Shown here in pieces: positions 49,801-62,700 of a DNA stretch of 64,000 nucleotides (position 1 is the stretch's first letter; the number at the start of each line of letters is the position of its first letter). The stretch covers positions 49,290,001-49,354,000 of the forward strand of contig NW_027266264.1 in assembly GCF_022045235.1 (NCBI RefSeq), written 5' to 3'. The position numbers were made by a program, and so were the translations under genes. The DNA is from Haliotis cracherodii. Its lineage: Eukaryota. The notes under the pieces are model-generated. The model was not told the origin of the DNA. It searched no databases and worked only from the letters and a program-made list of their open reading frames with translations.

Positions 49801-52800
49801 GTCCCTCTGTGTGTGTACCCTTATTAGTCTGTGTCAGACTCTCTCTTTTCTGTCGACCTGTGTGTGTACCCTTGTAAATCCGTGTCTCTCTTTGTCTGTC
49901 TCCCTCTCTGTGTGTCCCTATCTTTGTCTGCGTCCCTCTCTCAGTGTGTACCATTGTTGTCTGTGTATCTCTTTGTCTGCCTCCCTCTGTGTATATCCCT
50001 TTCTTTGTCTGGCGCCCTCTCTGTGTGTACCCTTGTTTGTCTGTGTCTTTCTTTGTCTGATTCCCTACCGGTATGTGTACCCTTGTTAGTCTGTGTCTCT
50101 CTTCGTTTGCCTCCCTCTCTGTGCCGGGGTGTTCCCTGTTAGCCTGTGTCTCTTCGTATCTCACCATATGTGTGTGTATCCATCTCTTTGTCTGTGTCCC
50201 TGTGTGTGTTCCCCTGTTAATTTGTGCCTCTCTTTATCTGTGTCCCTCCGTGTGTGTCCCCCTATTATTCTATCTCCCCCACCCCCTGTATTCCTTTATC
50301 CCATATTTCGCTCTGCCCATCTCCTTCGCTGTGACGCTTGGTCAGAACTTAGCTTGAAACCTTGGAAAAGTGCGGATATTATTCGTCTGGATTAAATATG
50401 CCTGTACCTAGACCGTCTTGTACGTTTCCGATTAAACTATTCTCAGAAAGTTTGAGAAATACCGGCGGTACCGTCACGGTAACCTCCCAAAACCCCTACA
50501 TCCCATTTCCCCTACAGCTTAAGACAACAAAGTTCACGATCCATGGCACTGCTAATCCCTAGTCTGTTACCTATTTCATACAATGGAACAACCCAAGAAA
50601 CACGAATAAATTGACATAAATATTTAATTACGATTACAATATTATTCAAAATTCATAATACATTATAATAAAAAAAATATTTTTCATAATTTATAATACA
50701 TTATAATAAAATGTTCATTTTTCATAATTCATAATACATTATGATAAATTTCATCTCAAATGTTCAGTGCACTCTTTATCCCAGCCTGAGGAGATGGCCA
50801 ACCGCATCTAAAAACTGCATTGGGAATTTCACCTCTCTATTCAACTCGTCCTTCAGGCGGCAGAGACGGTTCTCCACCTCTCTGTACACTCTATTCCTGA
50901 CTCTTGGAGCTGCTCCAAAGTTGAGATGTAAAATCTTAGCTCGTTCTGCCTGTTCCACCATCCTGACTACCTCCACAAATCGGTAGATGTTGGGATGTCA
51001 GTGAGGGAGACCTCGGTTGAGTCGGTTGTGAAAGCCTTCCAGGTTGTTGTTCGTCCTGGGACCTGTTGTACCGTGATGGTTCCACAGTGGTAGGGGGAAT
51101 CGTGCTTCGTGGTCGACCCAGGTAGTGACGATGTAGTCGTTGAAGGCGACAGCTCTTGGTACATCTGGTGTGTTGTCCATTGCGTCAACCCACGTGTCCT
51201 GGATCTTGTTCTGGGAGAGTAGGGGTAGGCCAGCTGCTCTTCTTATCCATTTGCAGACTTCAGGATATTCTCGATACGCGACAGCTAGTCCCAGATCCTG
51301 GACCTTCCTCCATATCGCCTGGCAGTAATGGAAGAAACAAGTGTAGTAATTGTTTCTTCCTATTGTTATTTTTGTAATTTCTAAAAATTGTCTTCTCATC
51401 ATACAGACATCTTTCATTACACTTACATTAATTTTTTTTTAAAAACTTTCCTTTAAGTCCCCTAATCCCCTGAAGCTCTACCCCTTTCATTTCTACTACC
51501 TCTACTCCAGACCTTAATCTCTCCTTTATGCCATAATGCCAAACAGGTAAATGCTGTGTGTTGTTTTAACTAATTGTAGGGGAACTGGGTTGTAGGGGAA
51601 ATGGGATTAAGGGGTTTCACCAATGGCAATCAACTCATTTTGCAGATTCACATCCCTAGGCGTGCAAGAAGGATATGATTGTCGATTCGAATCCCAGATC
51701 TGAGTTTCTAGGTTTGTCAGCACCATACTAGTGCAGACGGTTTCACCAAAGCAGCAAATGTGTTCGACTGTCGAGATTTCCTCCCATATTAAGCTGTCAC
51801 GTTGTGATGTTACCGACAATCCAGTCCAAAACGCACTCAACCAATACGCTGACCCATTGCAGGTGACATTGACCTCGCGGAAGAAGGTGATGGAAGTTGG
51901 GAGGTGGAGATCCAGGCTGTGCAGTGTCCGGTCGGAAACACCAAAATAGAGTATAAGTTTCAAGGAAGTAACCCATGGTACATCAAGCTCCAGGTCAGGA
52001 ACGCAAGGTCAGTAACACATCTGTTCAGTCGTATCGCCATGTCCTTAACCATAACCACATGCTTGTATCATCTTCATATGCATCACTTTCTGATATGACC
52101 ACTCCACGAGAATAGCCTCGCATATAACACCTAATATATTACGGTAACCTACAGCCTTGCTTCTTAGAATTACCTATACCGCAATGTTCTACTTCTTTCT
52201 AAAATAAGAAATTGACATTGATGTTGCATTCAATTGAACGGGTGAATGGTTTATGTTAAGTCCCATCCCTTAGACGTGTAAGTATCCGCCGTGTCATTTT
52301 ACCACCAATCCCGTTGGGACTCCCAGTTAGAATTGGTCCCAACAACAACTGATGCCTGTCTTGAGAGGTAACAAAATGGATTGGGTGGTCAATCACAAAG
52401 AATTGGTTGACTGAGTGTCATCGTATGGTGTGGGGCGTACTCAGAATATCAATCCCTAGATTGTCTGGTGCAGACCGACGTCATACAGCTGCAATTGTGC
52501 TGAGTACGGCGTTACAAAGCAAGCAAATAAATAGTCCCATGCCAGTGACTGTGGGTTTCGCCGATGTACACAACCGCCTAGAAGTTCATTCCCCTTACAC
52601 GCATGGGCACCGCCTTACAGAAACCGTGTGCATCCCGTTCGTCACTCGTGTGCAACGCGTGACACACTCATTAGAGGGGAACAAACTTTTGACCAAAGGA
52701 GGACCCCTGTTAAGCTGATCTTGGTGGTGGTAACAAGGAGAGACATTTTTGATATCCTAACGGAAAATGCTAATACACATGTTATTTTTTGTACTTGCGG

Positions 52801-55800
52801 ATGTCTCATTTTTAGATGTGTGATTTTGTAGGAAAATATGAGTACTGGTGTGGCTTCTTCATGATGTTTTGCGATGGTGTCAAGAGAATACACGATCCTA
52901 GTAAATCCTAATACCCTTATTACATTATGATGGTTGGGTCTCTTTGTCTTAGCTCCATAGCCGTAACAGAATCAGAATCAGTTTATTCTCAGAAACCACA
53001 AAAGGTGGTACAAGAGCATATTACAATAAATAATTATGCATATGTACAAAAAGCAGACAAGATGGCAGTTAATAACAACATGTGATTACCTAGCATTTTT
53101 AATACTAATGGACATTTTTACAATAATTCTCGATATTTTTTTAAAATCCTGTGTTTTGTTTTTGATAAGAGTTTTACAAATTTATAATATTTGGCCATTC
53201 AGTATAATATGATGAGAGAAATGTTCGCCTCTCTCTTTTAAAATAATTACATCTGAATAAGTAGTGAAATTCATCAGCAATAGATGGGGAATTACATAAT
53301 TTACAAGTTCTATTTTCCTTTGGAATATTTTTCCATTGGCCAGTCTCATTAGGTAAATTATGATTACAGGTTCAAAATCGTAGCATTGGTATTGCTATTC
53401 ATTTTGGCAATAGAAGATATTTATCGAGAACCGGAGTGTCCTTTAAATGTTTATAGTATAATCCTTTAGAACTAGAATTAACGTCACTTCTCCATTTCTG
53501 GAAAAAGTGATCTTTAAGTATTTGCTCTACTTCTGGCACTAGCCACTTTGTTGTGCAAATTGACGGATTGTTAAATACATAAGATAATCCAATACTGTCT
53601 AATATATCCATAACACATCTAACCCAGGGATTTGTTGATGCAGTAGTCTTGTTCCCATTAATTGACAGATATTGATATAACAGCTGTGAAAGTTTATACA
53701 CACCAGCATGATATGTTAATTTGTGCCAGATAGATATCATTCGTTTACAAATTATTATTCTTAATGGTAGCCTACCTAATTTGCCATATATCAAATAACG
53801 AGGAGTTGAATTTCTTAATCCTGTGATAGGTCTGAGGAATTTGAGATGTATTCTTTCTATAATTTCTAAACTTTCAAAGCCCCAGATTTCTGAACCATAA
53901 GTTAATATTGGTAATCAATTGGTATCAAAAGCTGATAATACACAGTCCAAAGGTAAATTTAAATTTCTTGATTTTTTTTTATCAGGCAAAACATTGCTTT
54001 CAAAGCATTATCACTGAGGGACAAAAGACTTGATACTAGTTTTCTATTCCTGTGAAGTACAATTCCTAAATACGTATAAGTGTCGACAATATCTAGAGTT
54101 TTATCAGAATAGTGAAATTTATGTTTCGAATTTTTCGATGTGCCACCCACGAAAACCACAATTTTTGTTTTATTTATATTTACATGTAATTTCCACTCTT
54201 CACAATATTCATTAAAAGTGTCCAAAGCTTTTTGTAAACCTTCTGGTGATTCATAAAAAAATACAGCATCATCTGCATACAATAGAATTATGAATTGGAT
54301 CCATACAATTAAGTCTTTATCTTCATCATAGTTGAGATTAACTCCTCCACACCCAGATGAAAGCAAAAAGATTTCCACGTCATTTATGAAAATTGAGAAT
54401 AATAGAGGGGATAGGTTTTCTCCCTGTCTGACACCTATATTACAAGGAAAGTAACCTGCATTTTATCATCACACTGTATCAACGATTTAATATTTTTAAA
54501 AATATTTTGAACTAACGTAAGAAATCTACCTTTGATGCCAATAGTCTGCATTTTCCTCCACAATCCCACTCGTCAAACAGTGTCAAAAGCTTTAGTAAAG
54601 TCTATGAAAGCGCAGTATAATTTTTGTTTATTTTTTCTTAAAATTTGCAAAAACATATAAATTACAAATATATTGTCAGCAGTTGAGAAAGATTTCCTGA
54701 ATCCTGCTTGAGCAGGTGATACAATATTATTTTTATCTAGGAATTTAGTTAAACGGTTGTTTAAAATTCTGGTGATTAGTTTTCCAAAGCAACTAAGGAT
54801 AGCGATTGGCCTATACGAGTTAGGGTCAAGTGGGTCACCTTTTTTCTTGTAAATCGGTTTAATTATACCCACTAACCAAGATTCTGTAAGTATACCCTTT
54901 TCAAATATCAGGTTAAATAGTTCAACTAACAAAGGGGTTAATAAATCAATACTATCAATAAAATAATCATTTTCTATAAACTCAATACCGGATGCTTTAT
55001 TTCTCTTTAGTTCTCTTACTGCTATCATAACTTCATCAGGTGTGATATCTCCATTTAAAGTTTCATATTGAGTATCCATAGTACATTCCTTCATTTCCGG
55101 GTCTTCAGAAGTTGTTTCATTGAGTGACTTAAAAACCTGGTAAAATTCTTCAATTTAAGGACAAATATTGTCATCTTTTTTATCTCCTTTCAACATTTTC
55201 CAAAACTCTTTTGGAGAGTGTTTGTGTTTTTCTCTTAACATTTTACCTAAGTTATCTTTATATTGTTTTATATGCTTATCCATACATTTCTTATAAGCCT
55301 TACATTCATATTTTAACAGGCGTTTGTTATAAATAGAATTAAATATTTTCAAGCGGCGTTTTGCTTTGTAAAAACTTTTTCTAGCATTTATACATTCCTT
55401 TCCAAACCATGGTTTGTTCATCTTATAATTCCCTGGAAAAGAGCAGCATTTAATTAATGAGAGTAGGTTATATCATGGAAGATACACTTGAGCGAGAGGG
55501 TTCTACTAATTACCGTACCACAGGAAGAAACCTGTAGACGTGAGCGCGGGGTTGTGTAGAAGATGGCCGTTGCATAATGAACATTGAGCAAAAGCACTTT
55601 TGTTTTCACTGGCTTGTTGAATAGTTTCCCAGCGCTACTGTCAATATATCTTCTACTTGATCCTTGATACATCATTTTGGCATTGGCAATATATTATTTC
55701 AACGTATATTATTAGTTTACTAGTCATTTGTTTTTGAGTATTTGTCAATTGTGTTTAGCTAACAAGCAATAATGGTAATATATGGTGACATGTAAATATA

Positions 55801-56744
55801 AAACGTCCCACGTAAAACGTAGTACATTGTGTAAGTACAATAGTTAATATAAATATTCAAATCGCATAAAAATACAATTATAACAAGATACATATGTAAT
55901 TCTAAAACATGTGTCCCACATTCAGAGCCAGGTGGAAAACTGATTAAATAAAGGGAAGAAGCTTGCCGTTACACATATGTAGATACATCGACTGAATATG
56001 ACTATATATGTAAATGTTAACATTGTACCTATCTACACGAACTGTAAAAAAGTGGCATAAGGTCACGGAGACGAAAGCCATAGATATCATACCTTATTCG
56101 ATTTTTTAGATGATAAAGTACATTATTTGATAAATTCTGTTATGATATCTAAACATCGATTTGCGGTATCAATAAACATTTCATGGGATAATAAAATCAT
56201 ACTTGTGATATAAATTCATTCTTTGGTACCCATAAATGAATTGTTGATATAAAATATGGAATAAATAGTAAAAAGGCGCCCCACATATTGTTTTTTGTGG
56301 ATTATTGAGTAACGCGATTGCATCACGGTAACAGTGTTAATTGCTAATCTTTTTTTCTGCACCATCATTTCTTCCATCTTTTCAAAAACTGTTTACAAAA
56401 TGGCAACTTATGATTAACCAATGAAATTATACTGACCCGACCTGCGTTTATTAATCTCTCTGTCATTACTATCGTTAACATGTGTCTAGTTTTAAGTGTA
56501 GTTTTATGCTATACATTAGTACTGATTAGGGAATGACACATCATCGTATCATCTAATATATACATGTAGCACAACGGTACTTTGATTCTGTAGCACAAGA
56601 AACATCACCCCGAATTACTGTGTAACGGTTAACCCGTTGTTTTCAGACGTTCCATTCAGACAGTTACCGGTTATAAAGAGTTGAAACATACTGACTCCCT
56701 ACCTATTCAGTATGATTACGTATGATTACATGGCTGTGTGTGTG

Positions 56745-56780
<36 letters not shown>

Positions 56781-59700
56781 TGTGTGGACGAAATACAAGA
56801 TTGTATTTCGACGTAAAAGCTATAATTGATGATGATAATATATGAATGTTATTGTAACAAGCGCAGCGTGTGGAGATAGACTTAAATACGTTGGACACAG
56901 TAACATATTTCAACACCTTTTGAAACGGTAAAATAAGATACATTTAAACGGTAGTAGCATACAAACACCTGAATTGAAAGGTCTACAAAAAGATATATTT
57001 CTTATAATAGAAGGTCCACAGGGGTATTCAGAAAAGAACCGTAACTCGTTACGACAAAAATAGTTCTCTTGATATTCAATACTGGACATTTCCCCACACC
57101 CAACTTTTTGTTGTTGTTTTTTGTAAAAGTTAAAGAGAGGATGTTTGGTGGGGGACTTGACGTATCTTTTCAGAGGGTGTTACTCTGACATTACCCACTA
57201 TTTATTGGAGGATACTGGAAATGAATATAGACTGTCATGTTGTCTGACTGTAGCTAGGTTTTGTTATCTTAACAATCACTGGGTGTGGCCATGTGGACAG
57301 TTTCACATTAGGGGTTGTGATTTTTACAATTGCCCAAATGATCCTGCTGAGTATTATATTGGAGCTTGCCAAAGGTAACATTTTATTATTAAAGGAAATT
57401 GATAGTAAGTACTTAATACCATGTATACAGGATATGTTCAGGATTTTTAGCCCTTTTCCTCGCCTGTGTGTAATGCTGATGGAAAGAAGTCACTCATGCA
57501 TTCTATGTGAAAGAAGATCAGACTTGGTGGGAATCCGTGTTTATCTGTAACAACGTCCCACTGGTGACATTTCAGTGAACTTGGCAAGTGGTGGTGAATT
57601 TTGATATTCATATTATTATAACCTGTCAAGTTGTACACAAATTTGTGTTTAAATCAGAAATATTCAAAGGGACTGTTGTCTTCACACGTCCATATCCTAA
57701 TTAATAAACATTATTTATTGTATGGATTATATGAAGATTTTATCTAAGTATATGTTTGACATTTTGAGTGCATGAAAGATGGGATTAAGGGAGAAAGGAA
57801 ATATTTTCTTAAACGTTTCCAATAACTAATGGAACAGGCCTATTACCTTGTGATCACGTTGGCGTTTTTCTTTACAGTTAAGGAAAAGATAAGAAACTTG
57901 AAGTGAACTACATTGGAAAATGAGAGAAGAAATTGCTAGTCAATGTTTTTATCATAAAAACCTCTCTGTTCAGAAAAGAACAGTTGTTAATTTAGTACTT
58001 TCAAGAGGAATCCCAAACCTTCTCTCACTCTGTTATGATATATTAAGGCAAGGGTAAAACAAAAAACATTAACATGCAGCAAAGAATTTTTATTGGACTT
58101 GTTAATTTGCTTATTGTTGATATGCATGTGTTCAGATTATTGAAAACATCTACTATATCAACTATAATATGCTTCCGTTTGTGAATGGGTGCAATACTTG
58201 CTTATTGGCTCCCCAGTTCTCACAATACTTTAGGTGAAAGCAAAATTTTGTGTTTAATTAACCTAATCTCTCATGTCAGAGACTGATATCAAACCGCATG
58301 TGGTGTTACACAGCCAGAGTCCAAACTCTCGTGTATCTACTTTAATGTTTAGCCCTCGTGATCTAACGTTCTAACATTTCAGGGCATAGACATCATCCTA
58401 TACACAACATATGCGTTCTGGACATATTATCGTTCGGTTCCATAGCCTGTACTGGCTTAAAATTGACTTTATTAGCCTTCTAATGTTACGTCTAGTACAT
58501 ACAAACAGGACCGTTTAGCCTATATAAGGAATGTAGCAGGCAGTAAATCTTTCAGTTTGCTGACTTATGTTGGTAATACCCGTTTTTATTTAGCAAATAA
58601 GGGATCAGTTAGTAACACAAAAATACGATAGCCCAGTGTATCCACAATTAACTAGAATGTTTCATGTCAACAAGCCAGGTATTTGCCCACATCAAATATT
58701 TTTTGCTTAATTGCGGCAATGTGGTTTATCAACACTTGTATAACGCTTGCGTCAGTGTACTTTATCAACACTTGTATAACGTTTATTCACGCATGATGTG
58801 GCAGACTGAAATTGAACATTATGATAGCGTCAGCAGGGATAATAGAGGTCATAAGACATAACTTTATTTGCTTTTCAGGCCACACACAGTGGCATGTGAA
58901 GATCATACATATATGTGTTTAAGTTACTTCTTTGATAGGCATGTAGAAGTTGCAGTACTAAGAAAGGATAAGATTTATGGATGAACAACTTCTTTAAAAC
59001 AATTAAGAGCGACGTTTCGGTGTTGGTAAACTTGCTTGATAACGGTGTTAGAACCTACACCGAAACGTCGCTCTTAATTGTAATAAAGAAGTTGTTCAAT
59101 CATAAATCTTATCCTTACTTATGTTTAAGTTACATGGGCAGCAGGCTAGATTATTTACATCAATACAATGAAAATATTATGTTCAATAAAAGAAAACGTT
59201 GATAGCTTTTTAACACCCGTTTTTTGTACAATTAAACAAACTGTGGACATATTCGCTTATTGTAATAACATCTAGGTAACAAATAATATCTATGTCTGAC
59301 CTAAAAACATAATCAGGGCGGCCAGTTTTGACTTGCCAAGTGCCTTAAATTGAGTTTATTCTTAAACATGTCAAAAGCGATTGACCTTACAATGTATAGC
59401 TGGGAATTGTCTCTGGCACGGTTATGGGTAATGACGTATTGTATAATATTACTGGGGAATATTCAAATTAGTTGCTGTCATTTACTCCAACGTCAAGCGT
59501 TTCAACAGAACCATAACTTTGGTTATATATCAACTCCCTGTTTCTATGTCTTAAGTTGTTAATCGGTAATTGCTGTCCAAATTTATCAACTTATTAATCT
59601 ATTGTTGCAAGCGTGACGGATTTGTTTACACAATAAAAAATGAAATTGATCATGAATCAGTGAGGCAGTCAAACACCTGTATAAGAAATGTAAAAGCAGC

Positions 59701-62700
59701 CATGTTACATTTAGTCCAAAAGTATTAAACTTCATCCATCACTAAAATGTCACCAGTTGGAAGACCAGTTCGCAGATACACAAGGATTCTAACTAAGCTT
59801 CAATCTATGAAAGCTAACATGTGAATAAGTTCACTGAAATTTAAATAATTAAAGCGCTTGCAGTGACCAGTTAAAGTAATCAGTGAGATGGTATATAAAT
59901 ACTGGGAACGCCAAACAACTTCATTGTAAATAGACATATGCACCTGTGAATGGCGTGGTGGCCGTAGCCTTGTATATCAAAGTTTCAAATACCGAGTGAA
60001 ACAAAGACGAGGTCCCTGCATACACTGGACATGATGTATGCTGTATGTCCAGCCACCATCAATATCTCTGATGATCTTTTCGCGATTCCGAGCCTTGCGC
60101 ATAACTATTGTCACCACCTGGTTGAGTGGCTTCCTTCCACCAACGTGAAAGGATTACCCACAACCAATTTCCTTTAATAATAAATTGTTACCCTTGGTAT
60201 CCCTTGCAATACTCATTATGGTCATTTGGCAAGTGTTAACATCACAAACCCTAACGGGGTCACACCCGGTGATTGTGAAGATCTCAAATTCTATCAAAGT
60301 CAGACAACATGGCTGTTCATATTCATTACCAATCTTCTCTTAGAATTAGTGATACATATTAGAATCCCCCACAAAAACATTCTCTTATTAATTCTTACAA
60401 AATGCAAAACAGAAATTGAGGAGTGGTGAAATGGGACATATCCCTACGTGACAAAATATGACATTAGGTGTGGTGACATCTCTATTATAATTGTACGATC
60501 TAAAGCATACATTTGACGTACGAAAGGCGTAATATTTGCAATCACCTGGAATGACTCATGTTGCCAAAACGTAAAACGAATATGTCCGCAATCCACAAAC
60601 AATGACTTCATCAATGGCGAACATTTACCAACCCGCGACAATCATGTCAACTCGGTGTTCCCCTAGCAATAAACTCGCATCTAAATTCACTACTGTTCTG
60701 CTGTCGGCTAGTCCCAATGGCTAGACTGGACCCTCGTGGAATGGGCCATGCCATAAAATTCTAGCAACCGAACCGAAGACGGGCCGACCTTGTGTTTATG
60801 GTCTAGTGAACACAGGTCAATGGCTCCTCATTAACTCAAGATTTACATCTCACTGTTTTGTTTTATCTCACTATTCATTTGATACATTTGTCAAATTCAA
60901 CTGAAACCTGGTCCCGTGTTACATGCACACCCGTTGCACGCGTTCTCAACGCGTGTTAGGTCAATGAACTCCTAGGCAGTAGTGTATGATAGTATACATG
61001 TTTCAGTCAATGTCTATAATCAGACAATATGTAAATTGACCAAACCAATTCAGTCAATATGTATATTGACTGATTTTCTCAGGTAGTGTACATATTGACA
61101 GAAATTTAGACTGAATGTCTGGAACGAATCAGACTCTTTATTTTGGATCTATTTTGATCTTATGATGAGATCCAAAGTTCGTGGACAGAATGGGTTTAAC
61201 TACTACTCCCAGTCTTGTAATTCGTTTGCGCTCCTTCTGTCATTCAAAGTAATCTACTGCCAGTGAATCAGTCAATATATACACTGACTAAAATGTCTAG
61301 TCAATATACATGTTGCCTAGTTATAGACATTGACTTAACATACACACCGGGGAAAAACGATATTCAACCCCTCAGTTTCCACTGACTAATGAAACAAGTT
61401 CCGGAAAATGGCAAGAAATAACTGACACAAAATAAGATCGGATATAGAATTTATAAATAATAAAATTGGCTGATTACTGTCATGGTAGCATGTTGACGCC
61501 CGGTTGTATTTAAGGACCACATTGTGGAGTGCGGTCCGAATATTTGCCATCTTTGCGCCTCTGGTGTCCTCCTTCATGCCATGTTAACGGGGGATGATTA
61601 AATATTGCAAAACAGTGGATTTAAATACCCAAATGTGATGCCTGAAAAGACTTCATTTTGGAGAATGCATTAGTGGGATGTACATGCATGCCAATGTAGG
61701 TTCTGAAGTCACCGTCAAACATGAACGGTCCATACTTATGATGTAATACCACCCTTGTCCTAGCCATCATTGACATTACAGCTTAAATTAAGGCATCTTC
61801 CCGAGGCAAGGGACTTAAATTACTCTAAAAGTCCAGTTTCCACCCTAGCCGAACTAGGCCGGAATTTCTAGACTCGACCGTGCGCCACCAGTGGCGATTA
61901 CGAGTTATGTCCTTCTCTGTCCCTCCTATTGACGAATCAGATTCCACCTCTCATATCACTTGCATTTGCTAAAAAAAGCCGATCTGATCGATAATCAGAT
62001 TCTATATTGAGAAAAAAACGGGCCTTACCCCGCGAAATGCATCAAATCACCTGAGCACCTTGATAAAAAAACCAAATAATTCAAAATATCTGTCTGTGGA
62101 AACTGGATTTTTAAAGTGAGTTAACTCCCTTGCCTTGGGAGGACGAAGTTAAGGTGACATGTTATCATTCAGTACCTCGGGGATGCTTAACTTTTTTACA
62201 GGCGTATAGTAGGCCCACGAACTACATCACTTTCGGGGTTGCTCCATCAATAAGCTGATAACCATGATGTAACATCAATACTGTTCACATCGGTCTAGAC
62301 CCGTGAAGATCCTGTTTGAACAGATCTTCAGCAACCCATGCATGCCGTAAGAGGCGACTTTGTTTGTCGTAAGAGGCGACTGGCGAGATCGAATGTTCAG
62401 GATCCCTGCCTATGTTGGTGCATGTCACCGTATCGCAATTGTGTGGATCGATGCTCATGGTGTCAGTCACTGGATTGTCTGATCCAAACTTGAGTATATA
62501 CAGACCTCCGTCATATAGCTGGAATATTGCTAAGTGCGGCTTTAAACAACAAATAAGCAAACACACAAACACAGTTGCCAAACAAACAACTCACGCAATC
62601 ATTACAAGCCTGCGTGCTTAACTATTTCCAGAATCCCAGTTAACTCTATCATGGTTGATCGCGATGGACAACCACATCCTATGAAGCACACGGCAGATGG

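Noticed and set aside
49087-50395. Many overlapping Cys/Val/Leu-rich ORFs
   Set aside because: Translations of a GT/CT low-complexity repeat.
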